Assembly: GCA_037447605.1 (NCBI GenBank)
Contig: CM074804.1
Location: forward strand, 6,611,909-6,675,908
Length of the DNA: 64,000 nt
Direction of reading: 5' to 3'
DNA from: Zygnema circumcarinatum SAG 698-1b
Lineage: Eukaryota > Plantae > Zygnematophyceae
Under the pieces are notes generated by a model, which did not search any database, was not told the origin of the DNA, and was given only the letters and a program-made list of their open reading frames with translations. Position numbers and translations under genes: made by a program. Below are positions 47,572 to 60,309 of this stretch, one piece after another (position 1 is the stretch's first letter; every line of letters begins with the position of its first letter).

Positions 47572-50182
47572 ATGAAGGCTTTAATTTTGGTTGGAGGATT
47601 CGGAACAAGGCTGAGGCCACTCACTTTGAGTGTGCCGAAGCCGTTGGTGGACTTCGCAAACAAGCCGATGATATTGCATCAGGTGAAAGGTTACGCTGTG
47701 CAGGGGTTGTTGCTTGGTATGTGCTGTGCTGTGGTGTATTGCTTACATCCCTAAGTTGGAAGTGACTGAAGATCTGCAATGTGGATACTTGGTTGTTGAA
47801 CTGGCAGTCTACAGACTACGTTTTGCTGCATGGAACGGAGTTGGTTTTTCTTTTGCTTGCAGATCTAGCCGAAAGCATATTCACGCCTGGTACCTTTCAT
47901 TTGTATGGAATCTGTGCCAATGGCTCTCTTTGTATTGAGGTTGTTTGTTGCATTCGAAGGATGCGGAACTGTGTGTTTGTTTGAAACCATGTCTGGATTA
48001 GCAGAATATGAATGTCTCTGTTAATGTTTCTAGGTTGACTTGACCACATAGCAATAATTCATTATATTGATGGGCTCGTCGTTTTTCCTTCAAATCTAGT
48101 GTTTTTCATACTTTGAAAAAGCGTACGTCTGCATGTTTTGCCATTCAGCGCTTCCTGTGCCTGCAGTACTCCTTGCGCCCAGAGATCTATTCGATCTTAA
48201 CTGATGCCATGTTTATATGTCGTTCCTCTTTCAGATTGAGGCATTGAAGCTTGCCGGAGTGGACGAAGTTGTTTTGGCCATCAACTATCAGCCGGAGGTT
48301 AGTGATGATTTAATCATCTGCAGCCTTGAGTTCTCTCTAGTTGACCTCACTAGTTGACCACAATGTGCAGTATAGGAATGGCAGGCCACATTGCTCACGT
48401 GCATTAAAGCATGGCGAGTTTGCTCCTTCGATGGGGCTAGCAATGCTGATATATATGGATCGGTTTGAATCAACAGGTGATGCTGAGTTTTTTGAAGGAA
48501 TTTGAGTCGAGACTCGGAATCAAGATCGTCTGCTCCCAGGAGAAGGAACCAATGGGAACTGCAGGACCGCTTGCTCTTGCTAGGGACATTTTGGATGATG
48601 GTTCCAACGAACCCTTCTTTGTGTTGAATAGTGATGTTATCAGTGAATACCCTCTGAAGGAGATGATGGCGTTCCACAAGTCACATGGAGGGGAAGCATC
48701 GTTGATGGTTACAAAGGTCAGTGCCTGTGAAGTAACTTATTTTTGTGTTTCTTTGCTGATTGAGGCTTTTTTTTGGTTCTTCCGCAAACCACGAATCGAT
48801 TTGGGAGCCTTTGTGTACTGAGACAAGGTTCTTATATCCTGCATGTTTCTCTCGTGATTTTTCACCTGACAGGTAGACGAGCCCTCGAAGTATGGTGTCG
48901 TGATGATGGACGACGACGGAAAGGTGCAGCGCTTTGTGGAGAAGCCAAAGGTCTTTGTGGGGAATAAGATCAACGCTGGAATCTACCTCCTAAGCCCCGC
49001 CACTCTGAATCGCATTGAGCTGAAACCGACTTCCATCGAAAAGGAGGTCTTCCCAAAGATCGCCGCGGAGGGTAAACTGTTTGCTATGGTGCTCCCTGGC
49101 TTCTGGATGGACATTGGACAACCTCGAGATTACATCACGGGCTTGGTTCTCTACTTGGGCTCTTTGCGCGTGCGATTGTAAGTCTCCTCATAAATTTCAA
49201 TGTCTTCGTTAACTTTCGCTAGTTAGGTTTTGTTGGGCATTTATCCTGAATATGACTTTGGAAAGTCGATCGTACGATTTTCAGGAGTTAACTTATCTAC
49301 ATTGAGAGATTTTTTTATGCCTAAGTTGAGATAAGCTGCCAATGTTTTGCAGGCTACTTGTTTTTAATACTACCAGAAGTGTTTTTCTATTGTTTAGGGC
49401 TGCGGGCTAATGGATTTTGTTGCGTTCGGTGTCTGCAGTCCAGAGCGGCTGGCATCAGGAGGTCACATTGTTGGAAATGTGCTTATTGACGAGACGGCTG
49501 AGATTGGCGAAGGCTGTCTCCTCGGCCCGGATGTTTCTATTGGACCCGGTTGCGTGATTGAGCCTGGCGTTCGACTGTCCCGCTGCACTATCCTTCGAGG
49601 TGTTCGAGTCAAGAAGCATGCATGTGTATCTGGCAGCATCGTGGGGTAAGTTCTGGACGCGTGTTGCCTTTTTTGTTGAATTTTTCCGTATTTAACTCTG
49701 CTCAATGCTAGCGAAATGCCGAATGTAGATCAATAATAATTTATAAGCACTCATGCATTAGTCATGACATGACAGCACGCCATGACATCAGCCATTGTGC
49801 ATCTTCTTCTGGTGATTAGTTGTGCTGTTTCTGTCATTCTATCTAAAAGATGTCTTACCGATAATTTCGAGAATATTGTAGCGGCCTACTCGCCGTGTTC
49901 ATCGGATGGCTTGACGAGGCAATTGCCTTGTCGGTTGCAAACTTTTACGGAGTGGAGATTTTTGTTGAACTTCAGTGGAAACCGTTTGCAGAGTTTGACT
50001 GACTTGTGTTATATTGCCTCCACAGATGGCATTCCACAATTGGCCAATGGGCGCGGATCGAGAACATGACAGTGCTTGGAGAGGACGTGCATGTTCAAGA
50101 TGAAGTCTACACTAACGGAGGAGTTGTCCTTCCTCACAAAGAAATCAAGGCGAGCATTTTCAAGCCTGAGATCATTATGTAA
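47572..50182 (+). CDS. VTC1: Mannose-1-phosphate guanylyltransferase (GDP-mannose pyrophosphorylase), 6 exons
   Basis: [37 protein letters not shown] | IEAL...INYQPE | ...[14 protein letters not shown]...[13 protein letters not shown] | ...FVEKP...INAGIYLL...[12 protein letters not shown] | hexapeptide repeats | [14 protein letters not shown]...VLPHKEIK...PEIIM stop. Near-identical to plant VTC1/CYT1. Confidence 0.98.
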
Positions 50183-52926
50183 GCAGTCGTTCACCATGCG
50201 AACGAATTGCATTTACCTGTTTCACCCATGTTCCTAATCGAGACTGGCGGGCTGAGGACCATCTTTATCCGGACCTTCAGCATGTCGTTCGAGTTTCTTC
50301 CCAGTAATTTCATCTAGTTCACAAGTGTCTGGGAACTGTAGCTAAAGTTGTAGGGGTCCTTGCAGGTACTGTATAATGATTACCTGGCTGCGGAAGTCTT
50401 TTGTGCTTAAATTGTTGTCACGTTGGGGTTTGGTCGTTATTTGAGCTGCTGCCTAGTTTGAAACGTTTCTGGCAGGTTTAGCAGCAGCTTTAGTGGTCTG
50501 AGGTAGACGAGGCTTGACTTAGCATGTACGATTATTCTTTGCAATAAAACAAAGTGGTCTATGAAACGACGCGGCCGCTAGAACCGTGTTTCGTCCAACT
50601 GCTGCCCTTGAGTCCGACTCGGTCTGACGAGTATGAAGCAAATGTGTTTTGACAATCGGTGGGATCGTGAGTTCTATTTTGAATGAGTTTGGAACTCGGC
50701 TCGCCACTGCTTGCGATCTCTTTCTACATTTGCGTGGCATGTCGAGCATTCGGGGAGAATGTGGGCTTAAAGATATTGTTGCAACTTGTCCTAACTTGGC
50801 TGTCAGGGGATGCTGAAGAAGCCGCTTTGTCAGTAGACAGCAGTTTGTTTTCTGGCCATAGGTTGCCAGCGGAAGAGGGCAGGCTGTTGCGAAGGGCTTG
50901 ATGACGAGCTACTTGACAACTCTATTTGTGATCGGGAGATTTGGAGAAAGAGTTGCCCGGAGAGGGATGTCAATAGAAGTGACTGACTGGTTGCATCAAC
51001 GTAATCGCTCGAGCACCCTCGTAGACTGGGAGCCTTAGCACGCTTTGTTTTTGTTCTACACTAGACCACCTTCGGGAGGCTGGTTTGCTCACCTGCTCAT
51101 TCCCTTGGAGGGAGTGATGTAGCCTGTCTGTGAGGGCCGACCTGGGCGGTTTGAAATCCGCATGCGCCCGCAGTGCAGGAGTTTGTGGAGTGGAATGACT
51201 GGACGAGTGTTCTGTCTCAAGCTTATGTGCTACAAGCCTAGCCCAGCTTTAAGCTGCTTCAAAGCTGCCAAGCCTACTAACCTGTCGTGAGTCCTCCAGC
51301 GAAGAAATATGGTGGTTTCCCATTTCGTAGATTTCCCGGTTAAGACGTGTCCCTTTCTTTATTTGTGAGAGGAAGTGAATGTCTGCACAGTCGAGGGTTT
51401 GCGTGATGGGAACGCCTAAAGTGGGCAGTGGGGCGGCGAGAGGGAGACGCTGCGCCTTAATTGCGCTGCGTTTCTCTGTTTCAAAGGGCGGCCCTTGAAG
51501 CCTGTACCACATGGAAGCCTCTGAAACGCCCTTCAGAAATTCACAGCATATTTTTGACAGCCAGACTCTGCTGAGGAAGGGAGGTTTGGGCTTGGTTCGT
51601 GCGAAAAATGCATCAGCACTGGAGGAAGGCAGGCAGGGGCCAGTTCCGATATGAACCGTAAAATCAAACAGGTTGAAGATTTGTTTAAAATTCAATTCAA
51701 TTCAAGGTTGAAAATGAAAAATGAAGTCCACCTGTTTTTGTTCAATACAATTCTAATCGAATCCAATTTATTTTGAACGATTCACCACCGACCTTCAATT
51801 TGAGTTTACTTAGGCATCCACGGAGCAACACTGAGATTTGCGTAAACAACGAAGCGGTTTGATCCCGAGGTCCACGCGCATTCAGATTTTGCCCCGCGCT
51901 GAAAAATCTGGCATTAACCGTACCGTACGGAGACTATTGACCCGTTCAGAAAAATCGTACGGCGAGAATAGGGCCAGAGTTGACCGGATAATTCAGATTG
52001 CTCGAGTCCTACGTGGCAGGAAGTGGATTCCACACGTGTGAGCGAAGGCTTTGGCCTTCGTTTCAAAGTTGCTCGCTTTCTACAAATCGAAACGTCCCGA
52101 CCTCGAGTGGAAAATGTTTAACTTAATTGCATTGGTTTGAACATTGAGAAATTAAGAAACTGTTCCATTTCTCAACCTGTAGGATTTTTTGAATTGTCAG
52201 CTTCCTTCTCAAGTATGCCTGGACGCCTGAAAACCCCAAGTCTGTGCGTGAGATGTGGGCGGAAACATCTTAAGGTTCAACCTCGCTGGAATTGGGGTGA
52301 GAAACTCAGAAAGGTGCTTTCAGCCACTACTCTCCATTCCTTATTGACACCTTCTGCAGTGCGTGTCTCTGCAGTGCCTGCACACGGGCTTGAACCCGCG
52401 CAGTGCAGGCAGCAAATGTTCATTTATGCAGCAGCGCAAATTTGTGCCTGTCCGCCTCATAAGCATCGATGTCCTGCAAGAGGCGAACTTTCTGCCTCTT
52501 GCGAGACAGGCCATCAGCGCTGTAGAAAAAAAGCGACAGTTCGGGACCCAGAAAACACAGTCGAATTCAAAAGACAAAGCAACGTCCTCACTCCGCAGGA
52601 CACTGCCGTGCCTTCAATCGCTGGCTTCATGACAATTCTGGATTTTACTGCACTGTTGGAAACCAGTATCCAACTTTGCAAAACAAATAACACTGGCCTT
52701 GCAGACGCAAAGCCTCCACTTCTGCTGAATTAACTTTACATTGGCTACAAAATTGTGTATAATAAAATGTTCTCAGGCCTTCCGGTTTTATTTAGATGTT
52801 TAACCTGTAATCAGAAGCTTGATACCAATGCAGTTCCCAGGGACAGTTGGCGAGCAAGGAGGGTTTGGCCGCCTTCCGTTGGAGAGACAGAAACCTCATC
52901 AGTTCAGCTTCAAATCGTTCCAGCTG

Positions 52927-53816
52927 CTAGCATGGAATCCGTCCAGTGAACCAGAGGATGACATGGAGGGGAGCCTTCAAAAGCTCAATGCCCAACTCCA
53001 CAATAACAGTTACGCAGAGAAAGCAAGGGCAGATGCAGCTGAGGAAGAGCCTGCATATACAACCAACGTCGAGAAATCGCACTGTCAGTTGACCGAAAGC
53101 AAGAAGAAGCATTCATTGCTAGTCTTTTCAGGGATGCATTGCTTTGGATAGCCCGAAAACCGCCACCCTTTGTTTGGCAGTGCAATAACATCGGACAAAG
53201 TTCACCAACGAATTTTAGAAAGGGAAAGATAATTGATATTTGCACTCACCCAACAACAAGGACAACAACGCCAATAATTGACAAGACGACTGCGAGCAGA
53301 GCGAATGGTAGCCCAAGAATGAAACCTATTGGCCTGCACATGAAGGAATGGCCACGACGAACACATCAGAGCATGGAAAGCTGCAGAGTCCGCCGTCTGT
53401 GCGCAATTGATTGCTAGTCAAAACACCTGGTCAGGTTCTTAGAAAGGGATTAAAACAGGCATAGTAAAAGATGAACGCATTAGAAATCAACCGAACGTTG
53501 GATATAGAATGTATTTCTGAGACAACCCTTGCTGCATTCAAGTGCATAGTCTTGCCAGTAGAAACTGAAAAAAGGCCTTCCGAATGAATAAAAAAATTCA
53601 AGAAGTTCACGCAAAGGTCATCTCCGAATTGTCAACAGTTTCCAGACCAAGCTAGCTAGAGCACCAACAGGAGGAGGCTCAAACAAAAATTAATTCTGTC
53701 AATAGAGACAAATTGTCAGCGGAACAAGGTGGAAGAAACGAAAGAAGAAGCCGTGGAGCTCACCTGCAATGCCCGCCCTCGTGGTGGTGGTGGTGGTGAG
53801 GATGATGGTGTTCCAT
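52927..53816 (-). CDS. TAX1: TAXIMIN-like small Cys-rich hydrophobic peptide, 86 aa, 3 exons, His-rich N-terminus
   Basis: Exons 53816-53764, 53333-53250, 53050-52927 with GT-AG sites, both introns phase 2. They give [86 protein letters not shown]. The CRPxGFxLGLPF, CICPCxLC and KAPxHVxxWFTxxIPC motifs are those of plant TAXIMIN. Confidence 0.9.
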
Positions 53817-54704
53817 TGTAGGCGCAGAGACGCTCCTCCTTCTTGAACGCCCTCACGGGAAACGCACCGAGAGAGGCAGAGGGATAGATGCGAGAATGCT
53901 TGGGAGGAAAGGAGGCGACCAGCAATCACAAGCTGAAGAGAGAGGGAGAGAGTGAGAGAGAGAGGGAGAGAGAAAGGGGCAAGCTGAGCTTTCTGACAGT
54001 CCTCTATTTACGCTGATTCAGAGACTGAACTGCAAACTGTCCGCATAGAGCCGCGAGGCGTGTTCATAAAGCACATTATTGACGTATCCATCCACGCGGC
54101 GCCACGTGGCACCCAGTGGCCAGTACCATTGTACGATCAGCGCGTCCACCATTAGCGGTTCAAAACGTGTCAAGCGAGGAGGGCTGGGCGGACCGCAAAA
54201 AGCAAGTCAATAATCTTTTGGCCAAAGTATTTCAGAATGCGTACTTATTAAAAAGTCTTGTACTGGAAAAACCATACCAGCCGAAGGACGCGGAAAACGG
54301 CTTCTTTATTGCGCGGTCGCGGCTTAGTATTCCGCGCCCCTCGGTCGGTCCTCGCGGGGGCGAACTTGCCGCGGTCTTGCTGCCGCCGCCGTTCGTACCG
54401 CACGGACGGATGGCGCCCTCTCATGAATTGGATGTACATTATTAGAACGCAGTGTCGTGTTATAATTCCAATCAAACGTTCTAAAGTCAGGCCGTTTTAT
54501 AAAACACTTTTAAATCATCCGTACAACCGAAAGGCTGTACGGCTGATTTTTTTTACACTATTTTTCTACTCTCTGGCGGGCCAACGGCGCAACGCCAATT
54601 TGCACACCGTACGACCGTACATATAGTTCAATTTCAAAGGTCATACGCAGGCCTCTTCAAATAGGGGATTTCGGCTAAAGATACGGGACTGTCCCCTAAC
54701 TTGG

Positions 54705-55729
54705 TTTTGTAAAAGGAAAATTCTATTCTCACACCTTTTTTGTCTACACGCAGGCCTCTTTTCGCCGGGCAGATTTTAAAATAGCACAAAAAAGGAACAC
54801 ACCTTTCACACCTTTTCACCCTTTTTTCTTTCACCTTTTTTTTCACACCTTTTTGGAATCGATACACACCTTTCTCCGTCGGGCAGATTTTACCCCTTCT
54901 TGTTTTTTTCAGAGAAAAAAATATCGGCCTGCCCGAATCCTCTCCGAGCGGAAGATCCGTCCGCCACGAGATCGTTCGCGGGTGGCCGTCCTTCACACGT
55001 GACTCTACACCGTCGATTCTAGCTCAGATCGCACCACGGCAGATCGGCAGATCGGCAGCACCGGGCTTGGTCACACGCCCACGTGTCCCACCCAAGCAAG
55101 CTCAAAGGTCCGTACACAAGTCGTACGGTCGCAGCTTCGAGGAAAGTCTAAATTCCTTAACATTGAGAGCTTGAACCAATCACCATCTGCCGCGTGCGCG
55201 TATTAGACGTGGCAAACTGTGATTGGTACATGCACTCAATGACTAAATACGTTTTTTTGACTTTCCTCGAAGCTGCGCCTTATGTACGGTCCATTGAGCC
55301 GGCTTGGGTGGGACACGTGGGACAGAGAACGGCTGCTGATCGAACGGTGATCTGCCATGGTGTGAACTGCGTGAAAATCGACGGCGGGAACTTATTGCAC
55401 GTGTAAAGGACGGCCACCCGCGAACGATCTCGTGGCGGACGGATCTTCCGCTCCGAGCGGATTCGGGCAGGCAGATATTTTTTTCTCTGAAAATATAAGA
55501 TGAGTAAAATCTGCCCGACGGAAAAAGGTGCTCACGGCGCTCGGCCGCTCAGGACTAGTAGCGTGTATCGATTCCAAAAAGATGTGAAAAAAAAGGTGAA
55601 AAAAAAGGTGAAAAAAAAGGTGAAAAAAAAAGGTGTGTTCCTTTTTTGTCTATTTTAAAATCTGCCCGGCGAAATGAGGTCTGTGTGTAGACAAAAAAGG
55701 TGTGAGAGTAGAATTTTCCTTGTAAAAAC
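54705..55729. mobile_element. ~1.0-kb foldback element (whole-length imperfect palindrome)
   Basis: Outer arms 54705-54991 and 55396-55729 are reverse complements with high identity and contain tandem CACCTTTT(TT) subrepeats. The inner 400 bp continues the pairing in blocks (e.g. CGCAGCTTCGAGGAAAGTC / GACTTTCCTCGAAGCTGCG) to a loop at ~55196-55206. No ORF; TSD not resolved. Confidence 0.85.
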
Positions 55730-57326
55730 ACGTAAATATGGACTGTACGGACGAAACCGTGCACGTACGGACGTTCATTATTTCCCAACACTGCTACCGT
55801 CGAGTCTGATTTTTCAGTAATTGGATGGGAGAAAGACGAGTTTCGAAAGAGGTCGACAGACTTTTCATTGGAAGGCATTCTTCACTGCAAATAGTTTGAT
55901 AGTTTGACCGCTCTTCGAGGGTCTCTTTGAGTAGTTTGCATCACTTCTATAGCTGTCTTGTTCAGCCTAAAACTCCTAAGGGAGTGAGACCTTTTTTCAT
56001 TTCATTTCTAATTTTAGTTTCTATTTCAGTTTTTCTTTTGTGACTACACCTAGAATTTCAGAGGTTATGATTTGGAATAGAGTTTTTGTGAGGAAATTTC
56101 AGGACTATGATGGATTCTAAAGTGATACTTGGAGTAATTAATGATGGATGGAAAAGGAAATAGAGAGCTTAGGATTGGATCTACAAAGTTTCCGAGCAAT
56201 TGGGTTTTTGAATAAGCAACTATATGTTGTGATTGCCAAATGCACAGTTGTTCTAATTGATTGGTAAAATTTACCAATCTATAAGAGTCGAAGAGGTTGT
56301 ATCAGTTTCTAAAGCCGTGTTGTTATACCAACAAGTAAAGTTCAAATACATCATTGCTATCGTGGTTGCAAATGCAATTCATTTCCTTTTTGTTTTCAAC
56401 CAAAAAAATGCTTTTTTGGGGCTTGTGTGGTATTTAAGTTGAAATCACGTAAACTAATCTCAAAATCTTACATAAATAAGCTATTTACGATATTTAGGGG
56501 ATCTCCCCTATTTGAAGAGCCCTGGTCATACGGCCGTTCTAAAGCTGTTCCTTCTCTGAGACTTTAAGATATTAGAACGTGCTAATTCTGAAATTTAAAA
56601 CTCTAAAGGCCCTTGGAGTTGGGCCTGATTGCACCCCTTAGGGCCTAGGGGTGGAGTTCCATGAGCGCGTTCCGTAACGGCCCGTAACGGTCCACGGAGG
56701 ATGCGTTGGTTTGTCAGGGAAACGGTGGCTCAATGAAAATCGCGTTTTCCAATCAGCGCTTCCACGTGGACAATTTGATCCCCTTCGTTTCACGTCGTCG
56801 TCGAACACTGAGCTTCGTCCGTACACACATTTCGAACCTGTACGGATGCGCGCCAGCGTGGCAGTCGCACGTGGCGGCACGCGAATGGCCGGTCGGAACG
56901 GCGTTTACGACGCCTCCGGACCGGAACGGGCGGGAGAAAAAAATATCAAAAAAAAAAAAAAAAAAAAAAAAAAGGAGCCACAAACATGTGAGTGACTGAC
57001 CCTACTGAATTTAAGCTCTAACTGCTCATAATAAAAATAATATGTACATTTCTTCAGAGAGAATCTTCCGCGAGACAAACGCAAAAGTTACGAGCCAGGG
57101 AGTCTGGTCACTGCGGCGAGGGGTCCTTCACAGGGAAAACCCTCCTTCTTGTGCGGAGCCTTGCAGTTGACCCTTAGGATTTCTAAGCCAAACGGATGCA
57201 ATTTCTTCTTACTCGACCATAAAGGTCTCCGAATAATGCAAGCGAGCCCTTTAAGACATCGCAATTCAATCATAAATTAAAAGGGCAAAGCTGGCCTTAA
57301 CTACCGCTACTGACCCTCCTGCCCTA

Positions 57327-60274
57327 CTACGCATCTGGCTTCTTTTGAGAGTTGGGCTTTAATATGTTCGGAAACGATGGCATTTTGGGCCGTCGAAATT
57401 GGAAGCTGAACCTCCTCCGCCTCCTCGCCGGCCTGCTCCCCTCCTGGATGATCTGGTCGTCGGAGGGAGTGACCAGGCTCGAGTACGCCTTGCAGGCGAA
57501 GAGGGGCAGCAGGACGAGGGCCAGCACGAGGAGCTGCAGGATCCAATACGAGGGGGAGGGAGCGAGCACTTCGACAAAAACTCGGTAAGCATCCTCCGAG
57601 TAGACAGCGGGGAGGTAGCCAAGAATGATGATGAAGATGAACCAGCTTGCAATGCTCCCCAAAATTAGGGCATTATGCAACCACGTGAAGTAGGAGACGG
57701 TCAAATAGAGGGCAGCGTTCGTGGCCAGAATGAGGCACGTGAACATTGCCGTGCCAGCATCCTGCGAGGGGGCCAAAGGAAGGAGGGAAGGGAGGAAGGG
57801 AGGGAGCACAGCTGATTAGGGTTGGCAAGAGGGAGCATCTCCTGTCAGCCTTTGAGGAAAACTCGCACAACAAGGTAGGTACATATCATAGAAAAAAACA
57901 ATGATGAGGCAAAAACATTCGAGTTACTCTCTGGAAAACAGGTGAACAGGAAAGGTCTACTGAGTTGTCACTGACAAAGTTCATTAGGTGGAGGAACATG
58001 AGAAGGATTAAAGCTACACTCGACACATGACGAAGTTGCCAGTGCTCAACTTAAGATTCGTTAACCAGACAAAAATAAAAATAAAAAAATCTGAAGGCAT
58101 CTCCTTCCACTAGCATCATTGACACTTATATATTCATATTCGGGGTCCATCGTATGCAGGTAAAGCCGTACCTGCATTCCGCCCTCTTTTCCGTTTGAGT
58201 TGAAGGCAGTGGTTGAATACACCGTCAAGGGGATAACGAACACAATAGTGGACGTATAGAAACCGTATATGGCCCACGACGTGATCTCCCTCCAATTAAA
58301 CAGAACATTATCTTGCCCTTGCTGGTACAGCTGTGGGAATCGGATGCACTCTTCTGCTGACACATCCTGTACACGCAAGAAAGGAATAACCGGGCTAAGG
58401 ATGGGAAACCAGCCATGAAGAGAGCGACAATGAGACATGTAACCGTGTCGATGGAACACAAAAGAAAGCCTCTACTTCAGCTTGGGCAAGTCCAAGTGTT
58501 CACAAGCAACACTTTTAAACATCAATTAACAAAGTATATCTACCTGGTCGAGCACGCCGATAAGCCCAATCGGGAAAGCCGTGAACAAGGTGTTGAAAAA
58601 CGACGAGTACCACTCATCGAACAGCGGCTGACCCGTCCAGAAGGAGAACGCGCTGGAATAAAAGAGGAGCAGTCCATGCGCCAACACCTTCCAGATGGAA
58701 TAATTTATCTGCGAGAGGAGAGGAGAGGAGAGGAGAGGAGAGGAGAGGAGAGGAGATGAGAGGGAGACGATGAGTGCTTCTACCAGACACACAATCACCC
58801 ACCCAAATGAAACCGTTGGCATTCCCCGTGCAACACGCAACCCCAACAGCTAAGCTTCCCACAGAGCGCAAGGGGCAGAGAGCGATGAGCCGCACGGTGA
58901 CGGCGATGCGGCGGTAGGCCCAGTGGCCGTGCACGAGGAGGAGCCGCTCCAAGAACCGGAACTGCGCGATGGCGTAGTCGGCCGCCATGGCTGCCTGCGG
59001 GGCAACACGCACATGAGAGAAGCAGTCGAAGACTGAGCTTCAGAGGAGAGGAAATGCAGAAGTTCAAAGAGCAGGATTTTCTTTCAGACGAAGGTTTCTT
59101 TTCAAATGGCAACATTTCTGTTTGGCTGCGAACACCTTCGATGGCGTGCACATCAAACGTCGAGTACTGACAGACTACTTCTAATTCTCTCCTCTCTTGT
59201 TGGGGGGTTGGAGAACAAGTTCTTTTCATTGTCATACTATGTGGTGAGACCTTGTTCGTACCTGAGCCCCCTCCACTCCGCTGATCCCCACCCCAACGTG
59301 GGCTGCTTGGATCATCCCCACGTCATTCGCCCCATCTCCGATGGCCAAGCATAGACCCTTCGATTTCAGTTTTTTGCGAACCAGTAGTGTGACCTGTAAA
59401 GGAAATAGGCCGACTCCTTGTGAGACCATGAACCAGCTTTTTCCAGCCTCCAAAGTAGTCATATTGCAGCCGAAAATAAGGACGGGATGGAAAAAAACAA
59501 CGTATCATTTAAGTTTGAAGCCACAGGAGGATAGCGGTACTCACTGTACTCTTCTGCTTTGGAGAGACTCGGCAACAGAGTATGGACTCGCAGCCGAAGC
59601 AAAGGTCAATAAAAGGCTCTTCCAGTTCTGAATACGCAAATATGACAGCCAAAGATCGTCCGTCGATCACCAATGCGATTCCTTCGGATGAGTTTACGGG
59701 CTTTAATTCAGCGGTGGATTCTTGAAATTTGCTTTCATTGGAGGACAAAGGCATTTGGGCCCCCCCTCTGCTTTTGTACTGCTCCGAAAGGCGTAGGCCG
59801 TACTGTAACTGATCACTCACGATAGATCTCAACGCCTGCAAAGAGTTGGAAACGACTGAATCCAAAGGGCTAAGCCTCGTCTAAAGTTTCTTTGCGCAAG
59901 GGCAACCTTCCGCCAAATTCGTCGATGCATTGCAAGGTAGTAAGCAGAAACGCAACAAACAGACAGCAACAGAATAGCTAAGGCCTCTCTCTTCACCTGT
60001 TCCGCTTCCTCTCTCTCGCCTCCCTCTGCAGTGAGAGCCTGCTCCTCCGCCGCCTTTGCAGCGGGGCTGTCCAAAGTCACCTCCACGCGTTCCATGCCGG
60101 CTCGCAGAAGACTGAACTCATCTCCCCCATAAAAATAAGCAGAACCACTCAGTTCGTTTCCCTTGTATGCGACCACTGCTCTCGACCTCCCCATGACAAA
60201 TCTTGCTTACATTCCCCAACCCCTCTTCATAGCTTTATCACATTCCTCCTCCCCCCCGTCCCCCNNNNNNNNNN

Positions 60275-60309
<35 letters not shown>

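Noticed and set aside
52137-52733. 198-aa plus-strand ORF, and ORFs at 51249-51695, 31146-31634, 29445-29816
   Set aside because: No recognisable domain, no consistent splice model and unbiased composition; not supportable as genes without expression data.
53670-53816. Alternative splice of TAX exon 1 to the nearer acceptor at ~53700, giving a 30-aa peptide
   Set aside because: It terminates early, whereas splicing to 53333 restores the conserved CRP-GF motif.
56630-56973. Possible SINE ending in A26 (56948-56973)
   Set aside because: No convincing Pol III A/B boxes, no TSD and no second copy in the window; treated as a homopolymer in GC-rich intergenic DNA.
57901-57975. C/D-box-like ATGATGA...CTGA
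   Set aside because: It is antisense to the ALA host transcript, has no terminal stem and no recognisable rRNA guide.
60265-60308. Long poly-C and purine/pyrimidine tracts (also 45230-45350, 15570-15690)
   Set aside because: Low-complexity intronic or intergenic tracts, two of them at assembly gaps; lengths are unreliable.
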